The translations under genes and the position numbers were made by a program. A model generated the notes under the pieces. It saw nothing but the letters and a program-made list of their open reading frames with translations, was not told the origin of the DNA and searched no databases. A DNA stretch of 64,000 bases from a virus, in the IMG/VR virus record IMGVR_UViG_3300037478_000708, positions 92,009 to 156,008 of that record. The stretch is one strand, 5' to 3'. Below are positions 9,380 to 17,531 of the stretch, in pieces (positions within the stretch are counted from its first letter, which is position 1; the number at the start of each line of letters is the position of its first letter).

Positions 9380-10906
9380 ATGGCGAAGGACAACTGGTTC
9401 GCGGTCGACCGCAAGGGCATGGCGCAGGTGCTCGCCCGACGGTCCAAGGCCGCCGCGATCTTCGAGCTGATCTCGAACGCGTGGGACGCGCCGGGTGTGA
9501 CGGAGGTCAACGTGTACCTGCGCGCGGTCGAGGGCCGAGCGCTCGTCGACCTCTCGGTCGTGGACAACTCGCCTGAAGGCTTCCTCGATCTGGAGGAGGC
9601 CCGCACGCTCTTCGCGCCGAGCCGCAAGAAGAGCGACCCGACGCAGCGCGGGCGCTTCAACCTCGGCGAGAAGCTCTTCCTCGCACTCTGCACCGAAGCG
9701 CGCATCACGAGCATGCGCGGCTCGTTGATCTTCTCGGAGGACGGCAGCGTCAGCCGCTCGCGTCAGTTCCGCGAGATCGGCACCGAAGTCTCCGCGCGCT
9801 TGCGCATGACGCGGGCGGAGCTGGCGGAAGCCGACGGTGAGCTGAGCAACCTCGTCAGCCCCGCAGGCATCGTCACGCGCATCGCCATGAGGTTCGGCGA
9901 CGGGGTGCAGGACGTCGACGTGACGCAGCTCGCGCCCGTCCGGCCGGAGGTCGTCTTCACGGCCGCCCTGCCGACCGAGCTGGCCGGCGCAGACGGAGAG
10001 CTTCGGCCGACCGTCCGCCAGACCGAGGTACAGGTCTGGCGTGCCGACGTCGGTCGGCTCTACGAGATGGGCATCCCGGTCGTGGAGATCGAGGGCTCGC
10101 TCTCGTTCAACGTGATGCAGAAGATCCCGCTCACGATCGACCGCGAGAACGTCAAGCCCGCCTTCCTGCGACGCGTGCGCGTCGAGGCGCTCAACGCCCG
10201 GCCGGCGCTCGTGCGCGAGAAGAACGAGGCGGAAGAGGTGTGGGTCACCGAAGCCCTGGGCTCGAGCAACCCGCGGCCGACCTCCGACCTGATCGAGTAC
10301 GTCATGGACCTTCGCTTCGGCAAGAAGCGGGTCTCGTACGACCCGAGCGACGTCGAGGGTTCGCAGCTCGCCATGAGCAAGGGCTACACGGTCGTCTCGG
10401 GCGGAGCGCTCCCGCGCGAGGTCTGGACCAACGTTCGGGAGTCGGAAGCGATCAAGCCGGCCGGACAGGTCACGCCGTCGAACCGTGTGCAGTTCAGCGC
10501 GACGGGCAAGGACGTCACGGTCGACCCCGCGAAGGTGCCGGGAGCGCCGGAGGTCATCGAAGCCTTCCGGCGTATCGGCGAGATGCTGCTCGGCTTCCCG
10601 GGGGACCTGCGCGTCGACCTCCTGAACGATCCGCGCAACTACGGTGCGTGCTACGGCAAGCGCATGCTGCACCTGAACCTACGCCGCCTCGGCCGCGCCT
10701 GGTTCCGGACCGCGCTCGACGACGGGCGTCTCGGCAAGGACCACCTCAAGCTGCTCGTTCACGAGCTGGGCCACGACTACGCCGAGAGCCACCTCGACGA
10801 GGGCTTCCACAAGTCGCAGACCGAGCTGGGCGTGGTGCTCGCGCTGCTCGTGGCCGAGCACGGGCCGGACCTGCTCCAGCTCGAGCTGTCCGAGGTGTGG
10901 CCGTGA
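9380..10906 (+). CDS. GHKL (HATPase_c) ATPase with C-terminal HExxH zincin-like motif
   Basis: ELISNAWDA, VVDNSPEG, GRFNLGEK; C-terminal LVHELGHD...H. Confidence 0.75.
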   Translation: MAKDNWFAVDRKGMAQVLARRSKAAAIFELISNAWDAPGVTEVNVYLRAVEGRALVDLSVVDNSPEGFLDLEEARTLFAPSRKKSDPTQRGRFNLGEKLFLALCTEARITSMRGSLIFSEDGSVSRSRQFREIGTEVSARLRMTRAELAEADGELSNLVSPAGIVTRIAMRFGDGVQDVDVTQLAPVRPEVVFTAALPTELAGADGELRPTVRQTEVQVWRADVGRLYEMGIPVVEIEGSLSFNVMQKIPLTIDRENVKPAFLRRVRVEALNARPALVREKNEAEEVWVTEALGSSNPRPTSDLIEYVMDLRFGKKRVSYDPSDVEGSQLAMSKGYTVVSGGALPREVWTNVRESEAIKPAGQVTPSNRVQFSATGKDVTVDPAKVPGAPEVIEAFRRIGEMLLGFPGDLRVDLLNDPRNYGACYGKRMLHLNLRRLGRAWFRTALDDGRLGKDHLKLLVHELGHDYAESHLDEGFHKSQTELGVVLALLVAEHGPDLLQLELSEVWP

Positions 10907-11040
10907 CGGTGCGCCCCGTCTTCGCGTGGTACGACCTGTGGGTCGGTGCCTTCTACGACCGCGCCAAGCGTCGGCTGTACGTCTTGCCCCTGCCGTGCCT
11001 CGGGCTCGTCATCGACTTTAGAGGAGGACGATCAACATGA
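10903..11040 (+). CDS. Small hypothetical phage protein
   Basis: FAWYDLWVGAFYD; GTGA/ATGA coupling. Confidence 0.6.
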   Translation: MTVRPVFAWYDLWVGAFYDRAKRRLYVLPLPCLGLVIDFRGGRST

Positions 11041-11258
11041 ACATGCGTGAAGAAGAACTCGCGGCGCTCGAAGCCCACCGTGCCCAGGTCGAAGAGGCGT
11101 GCGAACAGATCGATCGCGCTGTCGCAGAGATCGAGGCGTCCGCCGGTCGCATCGAGACCGCCGGCAACCCCGAGTTAGCTCAGCGCCTCCGGTTACGTGC
11201 GGACGTGCTACGCGGGAAGCAGAGGGAGCTGCGCGATGGGATCCGCTCGCCGGGCTAA
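11037..11258 (+). CDS. Small coiled-coil protein
   Basis: GGAGG RBS, coupled start. Confidence 0.55.
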   Translation: MNMREEELAALEAHRAQVEEACEQIDRAVAEIEASAGRIETAGNPELAQRLRLRADVLRGKQRELRDGIRSPG

Positions 11259-11784
11259 GGAACAGCGTCGCAAGGCGCGCAAAGAGAAGCAGGCCGTGAA
11301 GCGCGAGCGCGTCTGCGGAGAGTGCCGCGCGTGCTGCACGGTGCTCAGCATCCCCGAGGTCGACACGCCCGCGGGCACGCCCTGCCAGCACGAGTGCGAC
11401 AAGGGCTGCGCCATCTACCGGGTGCGTCCGAAGCGCTGTCAGGAGTTCTCCTGCGGTTGGCTCCACGGTGTCGGCCGCTCTGCGGATCGCCCCGACAAGG
11501 CGGGCTGGTTCGTGTCGGTGGAGCGACAGACGTCGCGGCTCTTCGACGTCGTTGGCGGCGCGAACGCCTCGAACACGCTCCTCGTGGTCCGGGCGTTCCG
11601 TTCGGGCAGCGTGGACACGCCGGAGTTCCGTGCGCTCCTGCGGGGATGGGTCGAGCGAGGCAGCGCGGTGCTCGTACTTGAGCGGAACGTGGTCGACGGG
11701 GCTTCGTGGCTATACGGCCCGCGCTTCCCCAAAGGCGTTCAGATCCCGACGCGAGACATCTCCGGCGTGCAACCGAGGACGTGA
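11236..11784 (+). CDS. YkgJ-like CxxCxxCC cysteine-cluster protein
   Basis: CGECRACC...C.H....CAIY..RP..C..F.C. Confidence 0.75.
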   Translation: MGSARRAKEQRRKARKEKQAVKRERVCGECRACCTVLSIPEVDTPAGTPCQHECDKGCAIYRVRPKRCQEFSCGWLHGVGRSADRPDKAGWFVSVERQTSRLFDVVGGANASNTLLVVRAFRSGSVDTPEFRALLRGWVERGSAVLVLERNVVDGASWLYGPRFPKGVQIPTRDISGVQPRT

Positions 11785-12017
11785 TGGCAGAGTTCGTGTA
11801 CCTGCAAGGCGCGGAGGACGTGCGTTCCGCCGGCAGCGCGATGAGGTCTGCGGCCGAGCAGATGGCCCTCGCCGCGTCCGCCCTGAACGAAACGTTGCAG
11901 CACGATCGAATGCTCCGCGAGGAGGCGGACCGGATTCGGCACGATCAGATGGAGAGCTTGGTGACGCGCTTCGAGCGCGCGGTCGAACGTCTGTGCGACC
12001 TGCGGGACAAGCAATGA
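11784..12017 (+). CDS. Hypothetical protein
   Basis: Coupled (TGATG); GAEDVRSAG motif, helical. Confidence 0.55.
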   Translation: MAEFVYLQGAEDVRSAGSAMRSAAEQMALAASALNETLQHDRMLREEADRIRHDQMESLVTRFERAVERLCDLRDKQ

Positions 12018-12253
12018 ACGAGAGCAACGACAAGGCCGCGGTGTGCCCGTGCGGCAAAGCCGGTCCGTTCACGCCGTTCCAATACTGCGACTCCTGCGGT
12101 CGCCAGTATCAGGGGCGGGGTCACTGGGGCGACATCGCGTCGGACCGGCGCGTCGACGAGTACCGTGAGCGCTACGTCAGCGACGAGCCGACGCACAAGC
12201 TCGGGGACTATGGCGATCCGGATGATCCCGAGTTCCGTGGGGGTTGGAACTGA
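12014..12253 (+). CDS. Small Zn-finger hypothetical protein
   Basis: CPC...CDSC; ATGA coupling. Confidence 0.5.
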   Translation: MNESNDKAAVCPCGKAGPFTPFQYCDSCGRQYQGRGHWGDIASDRRVDEYRERYVSDEPTHKLGDYGDPDDPEFRGGWN

Positions 12254-12459
12254 TGCCCAAGCGGAAGCTGAGGGTCACGGTCGTCTCGTGCAACGACTTC
12301 CCCGAGCGCGTTATGCGCAGCGAGGAGAAGGCGGAGGCGTGGGTCCGGGAGCAGAACGAGTCCGAGAGGCAGCGGATGGCGGATGAGGACAACGGCGTTC
12401 GGCGCTCCGGGATGCCGCGGCGCTACTACCACTGCCACACGTTCGAGCTTGAGGACTGA
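12253..12459 (+). CDS. Hypothetical protein
   Basis: TGATG coupling. Confidence 0.5.
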   Translation: MPKRKLRVTVVSCNDFPERVMRSEEKAEAWVREQNESERQRMADEDNGVRRSGMPRRYYHCHTFELED

Positions 12460-12485
12460 GGCCCGCGGGATTCGGTCCGGTTTCG

Positions 12486-12515
12486 CTCAAGTGATGCGCA
12501 GGCGGCGGCCGATGA
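12486..12515 (+). promoter_or_regulatory. sigma28-like promoter CTCAAG-N16-GCCGATGA
   Basis: Promoter family member upstream of 12537. Confidence 0.7.
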
Positions 12516-12536
12516 GGAGGGCGTAGGAAAACACCA

Positions 12537-13265
12537 ATGAGCGAGAACCTCGCCGAATACCGGGACGTCTTGAGCCGCCGCCTTGCCAGCGTGCGCGAGA
12601 AAGGCGCGCTGCACGACAAGCTCCGCGACAGCCTGCGGGATGCGCTCGCGGGCGAGTTGAAGCTGTCCACGTCGCCCCCGTCCGTCGTCGACGTGCTGGC
12701 GGCCGAGTACGAAGGTCGGTACTGGCGCACGGCGCTTTCGCTGATGCAGGCGGAGGAGAACCTGCGTCGGGAGCGTCCGCGGGTGTACGCGGGCTACGCG
12801 TCCGCCGAGGCGTACCGGGATCAGTGCCGCGAGGAACGCGACGCTGCGCTTGGGGTTCTCGCTCCGCTCCGCGCGGAGTACGCGCGGCGTCCGTGGCTGC
12901 GGTACTTCCTCGTTCCGGGCGGCCACGTGCACCGCGGCATGAGCTGCTCGACCTGCTACCCGACGACCCACTACGGGTGGCTTCCTGAGCTGTCCGGGTG
13001 CGACGAAGCCGCGATGGTCGAGGTGTACGGAACGGCTGCCTGCACGATCTGCTTCCCCGACGCGCCGACGCTGCCCGGGTGGCTAGCCGCAGAGAAGCGC
13101 AACGCGGCGGAGGCCGCTGCGAAGGCGGCAAAGACCTGCCCTGGCTCAGGACGGCCCGCCGTCGGCGGTCGCCGTTACCAATCGTGCCCCGAGTGCCAGA
13201 CGGCGCAGTTCGTGACGGCCAATGGCTACGGGAAGTTCCGCAAGCACAACCGCCCCGAGGAATGA
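12537..13265 (+). CDS. Zn-binding hypothetical phage protein
   Basis: HVH..M.CSTC...WLP.LSG...CTICFPDAP and a second CxxC/H finger. Confidence 0.7.
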   Translation: MSENLAEYRDVLSRRLASVREKGALHDKLRDSLRDALAGELKLSTSPPSVVDVLAAEYEGRYWRTALSLMQAEENLRRERPRVYAGYASAEAYRDQCREERDAALGVLAPLRAEYARRPWLRYFLVPGGHVHRGMSCSTCYPTTHYGWLPELSGCDEAAMVEVYGTAACTICFPDAPTLPGWLAAEKRNAAEAAAKAAKTCPGSGRPAVGGRRYQSCPECQTAQFVTANGYGKFRKHNRPEE

Positions 13266-13424
13266 CGATGCTGCAACCCGCTCGTCTCTCCGGTCCGCGC
13301 GTCTGCTCCGCGCCCGTGCCGCCGCCCGGCGCAAGCTCGACCTCCCCCAGGAGACGCGTTAGCGTGATCTGCAAGCGGGATCGGCCTCCTGGGTCTAGGT
13401 GGTCTCGGCTCGCTGGATAGATCC

Positions 13425-13703
13425 ATGAGTGACCAAGTTCTAATCGCCTTCGCCGCCAGTCTCGCACCGACGCTGCTCGCGACCGCTACTCTCGTCGTCG
13501 CCATGCGCGGCGTTCGCAAGGTCGAACAGGTGGCGAGGGTCACCGAAGAGGTGCACAAGGCGACCAATTCTCTCACCGATCGACTCGTCGAGACCACGCG
13601 CACCGATGCACACGCGCGAGGTGTCTTGGACGAGAAGGAGCGGGCCGAATCGCAGCAGCCCGACCAAAAGCAAGAGCCGGCAGGGGGCTCGGAGACCCTG
13701 TAA
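13425..13703 (+). CDS. Small membrane protein (holin-like topology)
   Basis: One N-terminal TM helix followed by a coiled coil (EVHKATNSL). Confidence 0.55.
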   Translation: MSDQVLIAFAASLAPTLLATATLVVAMRGVRKVEQVARVTEEVHKATNSLTDRLVETTRTDAHARGVLDEKERAESQQPDQKQEPAGGSETL

Positions 13704-13753
13704 CCCGGAGCGCCGCCCTGTGCGTCGGTGACTCCCTCTTCAAGGACCGACGC

Positions 13754-14731
13754 ATGAAGCACTTCTTCGACCCCGACCTGCCTGAGCCGCTGATCGTCAA
13801 CTTCGGCGGCGGTGTGGACTCGACGGCGATTCTCGTCGGACTCACGCGCCTCGTACGCGACGGTGACGAGTCCGCCCGTCCGGACCTCGTGCTGTTCGCC
13901 GACACCGGAGGCGAGCTGCCGGCGACGTACGAGAACGTGGAGCGCATGTCGAAGTGGCTTCGCTTCCGCGGGTTCCCGTCCGTGACGACCGTCAGCCGTC
14001 CGTCCGAGATCAAAGGCCGCGTCGGCTACACGACGCTCGAGGAGAACTGCCTCGAGAACGAGACGCTACCCAGCGAAGCGTTCGGTCGTGGCGCGTGCAG
14101 CTCGAAGTGGAAGCACGAGCCGATGGACGCGTTCCTCTTCGGCCGCAAGCGTCCGTACAAGCAAGGCTGGCTTGAGGCCAACGGCTTCGCCGGTCTCAAG
14201 CCGACCAAGCTGATCGGCTACGACGCGACCGAGACGAAGTGCGGCAAGCGCGGGAAGTGGGCCAAGGTCAGCGAGGACGCCGTGGCGAAGTACCGGTTCC
14301 CGCTCGTCGAGTGGGGCTGGACGCGCGAGCGCTGCATCCAAGAGATCGCGCGCGAGGGCCTGCCGGTCCCGGTGAAGAGCGCGTGCTTCTTCTGCCCCAA
14401 TCAGCAGGTCGAGGAACTGCGCGCGATCGCGGAGCACTCCCCGGAGCTGTTCCTGCGCGCGCTCGTGATCGAGCAGGTCGCCCACATGGGCCGGCACGGC
14501 CTGCACTCGATTGAGGGCCTGTGGAGGCGCACGAGGAAGACCGACCGCCGGCCGGGGTCCTGGGTGACCTGGGCTCAGCGCGAGGGCCTCCTAGAGGCCG
14601 CAGAGCGCGCCGTGGGCAAGACCCTGGAGGAAGCGGTCGCCGATGCCAAGCCGGACCTGGCGTCGAGCCCGCGGGCCGCAGAGCGGCTCCGCGGACTTCG
14701 GGTGGACGAGCCGTCTTGCGCGGGAATCTGA
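13754..14731 (+). CDS. PAPS reductase / adenine-nucleotide alpha-hydrolase family protein
   Basis: NFGGGVDST PP-loop, FADTG.E.P.TY, CSSKWK, SACFFCP. Confidence 0.8.
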   Translation: MKHFFDPDLPEPLIVNFGGGVDSTAILVGLTRLVRDGDESARPDLVLFADTGGELPATYENVERMSKWLRFRGFPSVTTVSRPSEIKGRVGYTTLEENCLENETLPSEAFGRGACSSKWKHEPMDAFLFGRKRPYKQGWLEANGFAGLKPTKLIGYDATETKCGKRGKWAKVSEDAVAKYRFPLVEWGWTRERCIQEIAREGLPVPVKSACFFCPNQQVEELRAIAEHSPELFLRALVIEQVAHMGRHGLHSIEGLWRRTRKTDRRPGSWVTWAQREGLLEAAERAVGKTLEEAVADAKPDLASSPRAAERLRGLRVDEPSCAGI

Positions 14732-14759
14732 CGACCCGCTCCAGATTCTCCGGGTACGT

Positions 14760-14788
14760 TTCAGGTGGGAGCGGTCAACGGTCGAAAG
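14760..14788 (+). promoter_or_regulatory. sigma28-like promoter variant TTCAGG-N15-GTCGAAAG
   Basis: Upstream of the AGGAGG RBS of 14811. Confidence 0.5.
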
Positions 14789-14810
14789 AGAGGGAGCAGG
14801 AGGCATCACC

Positions 14811-15179
14811 ATGAACCAACAACTGACTCCCGAGGAGCGCGTCGGCCGCCACCTCGCCTACCGCCGTCGAATCGGCGAACAGGCGTTTCAGGTCGAGCAC
14901 TACCTCGCGCTCTGGAAGAGCGCCCCGACGGCTGCCAACTGGCGGCGCGTCGTCGAAGCGGCCGAGGCGTACTACCCGCTCCTCGATGACGAGGGTCCGG
15001 AGGCGCTCGCTCGCCGGCTGCGCGCGGGGCAACGCATCTACTGGACGTTCGCTCGTTGTGGCGGCGTGTCCGGTTCGGTGCGCACGGGGCTCGGTCGCTT
15101 CACGCGAGCGGGCGCGCGCGGAAGGCTCTACGAGCAGCGCTTCCGCAAGGGGTCGAGGAGCTGGACGAAGGAGAGCTGA
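14811..15179 (+). CDS. Hypothetical protein
   Basis: AGGAGG RBS and ATG 14811. Confidence 0.6.
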   Translation: MNQQLTPEERVGRHLAYRRRIGEQAFQVEHYLALWKSAPTAANWRRVVEAAEAYYPLLDDEGPEALARRLRAGQRIYWTFARCGGVSGSVRTGLGRFTRAGARGRLYEQRFRKGSRSWTKES

Positions 15180-15182
15180 GAG

Positions 15183-15596
15183 ATGAACGCCATGCAACGA
15201 ACCCACGATCTCACCCGCGACGCGGATCTGCTCCACGCCGCGCTCTACCACTCCTCGCCCGCGCGCTTCGCGCTCGACGGCCGTCAACGTCTGCAAGCCT
15301 TCGTGCTCTGCGACGGCTACGGGTCGCGCTCGGCCGACGAGCTGATCGAGGCCGGGCTCACCGCAGACTGGTCGCACGTGCGCGACTCCAGCGACGAGGC
15401 CCGCGTGCGCGCGGCGGCCTACGTTCGCGAACAGCTTGGGTCCGTCGGGCTCGCCAAGGTGGCGCAGCTCCTCGGACAGGCGCCGCTCTGCGCGGTCTGT
15501 GAGGCGGTGGAGGGCACCGTCGACGCGCAGTGGGATCATCGCGAGGTCAAGGTCTGCGCAGACTGCTTCGAGAACGAGACGGGAGACAAGCCGTGA
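15183..15596 (+). CDS. Hypothetical protein with C-terminal Zn finger
   Basis: DWSHVRDSS motif, CAVC...CADC. Confidence 0.6.
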   Translation: MNAMQRTHDLTRDADLLHAALYHSSPARFALDGRQRLQAFVLCDGYGSRSADELIEAGLTADWSHVRDSSDEARVRAAAYVREQLGSVGLAKVAQLLGQAPLCAVCEAVEGTVDAQWDHREVKVCADCFENETGDKP

Positions 15597-15826
15597 CGGA
15601 ACAACTGCATCTGCGCGAAGACGGGACCGCGAGCCACTGGACCATGACGCGCCGCGAGTTCTTCGCGACGCACACCGACTTCCGCAACAAGCCCGGACGG
15701 ACGGACATGCCGATGCGGCTGGCGCTCTGCCCCAAGGGGGGTACGGTGAGCGTGACGGTGCAGTTCGTCTGCGCGCACGGGGTCGCCGAGAAGGCGCGCT
15801 GCGAGGCGTGCGGAGAGGCGCGGTGA
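15593..15826 (+). CDS. Small hypothetical protein
   Basis: GTGA coupling; EFFATHTDFR. Confidence 0.5.
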   Translation: MTEQLHLREDGTASHWTMTRREFFATHTDFRNKPGRTDMPMRLALCPKGGTVSVTVQFVCAHGVAEKARCEACGEAR

Positions 15827-16203
15827 TGGCGAGCTACCGCTACGGAGTGAAGTGGATCGCCGAGAACGACGAACCGCTCGACACCGATCCCGAGTCGGTG
15901 TCGGGGTTCATCTCGGTTCTTCTGCTCGCCGACCTGTTCGCGCGGGACCCGGAGGACGTCGCCCGTGACGTGCTGCTCCTGCGTCTCGACGCCTACGCGA
16001 CTCCTCCCGGCGAGTACATGCACATCCGCGGGGGTGGAGAGGTCTATCACTACGGCCGCGTCGAAGCGTACGCGGACCCGCTCTGCGGCAAGGCGCTTCG
16101 CGGGGTGGGTCCCTGCAATCCGCCGAATCGGGAGGTCTCACCGAACGCGACGCTCTGCCCGCGGTGCAAGAAGGCCGCGCTGGAACGGATCGGAACGGCG
16201 TGA
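15826..16203 (+). CDS. Hypothetical protein with C-terminal Zn finger
   Basis: WIAENDEP...LLADLF; H...LCG...CPRC. Confidence 0.6.
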   Translation: MASYRYGVKWIAENDEPLDTDPESVSGFISVLLLADLFARDPEDVARDVLLLRLDAYATPPGEYMHIRGGGEVYHYGRVEAYADPLCGKALRGVGPCNPPNREVSPNATLCPRCKKAALERIGTA

Positions 16204-16421
16204 CGCGTCCGCTCACGAGGCACCTCGCCGCCGAGCTGCGCCGCGCGGTGAACGCGACGGGGACGTACGACCCGCGCATCGCGCTGGTCGTGATCGAGGA
16301 GTGGCTGACAGCGGAAGAGTTGGAGGACGCGGAGGCGTTCCTCAAGTGGATCTATCAGCGAGGGCTTACCTTCGGGCACAACATCTTTGAGGTCTGGGAA
16401 ACGTGGCAGAGGTTGACATGA
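16200..16421 (+). CDS. Small hypothetical protein
   Basis: GTGA coupling; FL.W....LTFGH.N motif. Confidence 0.55.
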   Translation: MTRPLTRHLAAELRRAVNATGTYDPRIALVVIEEWLTAEELEDAEAFLKWIYQRGLTFGHNIFEVWETWQRLT

Positions 16422-17155
16422 GGTACGCGCGAACCGCGGCGGAGGTCGCGAAGATCATCGGCATTCCCGTCGAGCGCTGGCCGGGGCAGTGCTACGGCAT
16501 CGCGAGCGCGATGCTCAAGCACGAACTCATCGACGACGAGACGGCTGAGCTGCGCTACGGGCACTGGCTCGGGCCGGTCAGCGAGAAGTGCCCGGTGGCG
16601 CGCTTCCGCGAGAGCCACGCGGCCGGCACGCCGTTCCAGCGGCACGGGTGGATTGAGATCCCCGTGGACCCCTACACGCGCGCCTGCGCGACCTGCGCGC
16701 ACATGGAGGACGAGCACGAGAGTTCGTTCCTGGCTCCGTGCGCGCACTGCACCTGCCCGAGCTTCGAGCCTGAAGAGGCGCGCATCGTCGATCCGACGCG
16801 TTGGGTCTTCGAGGGGGTCGAGCCCTACGTGTACGAGGGTCCGAACGACTACTACGACATGGGCGGCAATCGCTACCGTGAAGCGAACGAGCGGCCGTGC
16901 CCCCCGTACCGCTCGAGCGCGGACCGCGTGTGCCTGGACATCTGGAAGCACGATCGCGATGCGCACCGATTCGTGCTGGACGAGCTTCTCGGCTCTGCGC
17001 CGGGCATCACGCAGGAGATGGCCTTCTGGTTGGCCAACCTCTCCCTCTCGCGCCTGGGTTCGCACGCGCACGCGATCTACTCAGGACTGCGAGATGTGGG
17101 GCTCAAGGCGCGCGTGCCGATCGACAACTGGCGGGCCGTGATGGGTCAGGATTAG
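16418..17155 (+). CDS. Transglutaminase/papain-like Cys-His-Asp protein with inserted Cys/His cluster
   Basis: GQCYGIA...RHGW...IVDPT. Confidence 0.5.
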   Translation: MRYARTAAEVAKIIGIPVERWPGQCYGIASAMLKHELIDDETAELRYGHWLGPVSEKCPVARFRESHAAGTPFQRHGWIEIPVDPYTRACATCAHMEDEHESSFLAPCAHCTCPSFEPEEARIVDPTRWVFEGVEPYVYEGPNDYYDMGGNRYREANERPCPPYRSSADRVCLDIWKHDRDAHRFVLDELLGSAPGITQEMAFWLANLSLSRLGSHAHAIYSGLRDVGLKARVPIDNWRAVMGQD

Positions 17156-17185
17156 CTCAAGTCGGAGACCCCGCGCGGTCGAAGA
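17156..17185 (+). promoter_or_regulatory. sigma28-like promoter CTCAAG-N16-GTCGAAGA
   Basis: Promoter family member upstream of 17226. Confidence 0.7.
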
Positions 17186-17225
17186 GGGGCGTACAACGGG
17201 ACACCGAAATCAGGAGAACCGAACC

Positions 17226-17531
17226 ATGCAACATCGATTCGCCAAGCCCGAGCCGCACGTCTTTCAGGGTCCGCCCTTGTGGTGGGCCACCCTTGATCCG
17301 CTTTCGGGTGACGGCCGTCCGGGCTGCGGACTGCTTCCCGGCTGGCGTCTGGAGGTCTTCTGCGGCCCCGTGCTGCGCTATCGCGAGACGTACGTCGATC
17401 GTCCTCGCGTGATCGAGGACGCGCGAGCGGACGCGGACGCGTACATGAACGGGCGCGTGCCCGAGTGGCGCGCGGCCGTCGTGGGCGGGCTGACCCTCGA
17501 GGATCTGGATCTGTCGAGGGAACCCGCGTGA
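17226..17531 (+). CDS. Hypothetical protein
   Basis: AGGAG RBS; coupled to the next gene. Confidence 0.55.
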   Translation: MQHRFAKPEPHVFQGPPLWWATLDPLSGDGRPGCGLLPGWRLEVFCGPVLRYRETYVDRPRVIEDARADADAYMNGRVPEWRAAVVGGLTLEDLDLSREPA

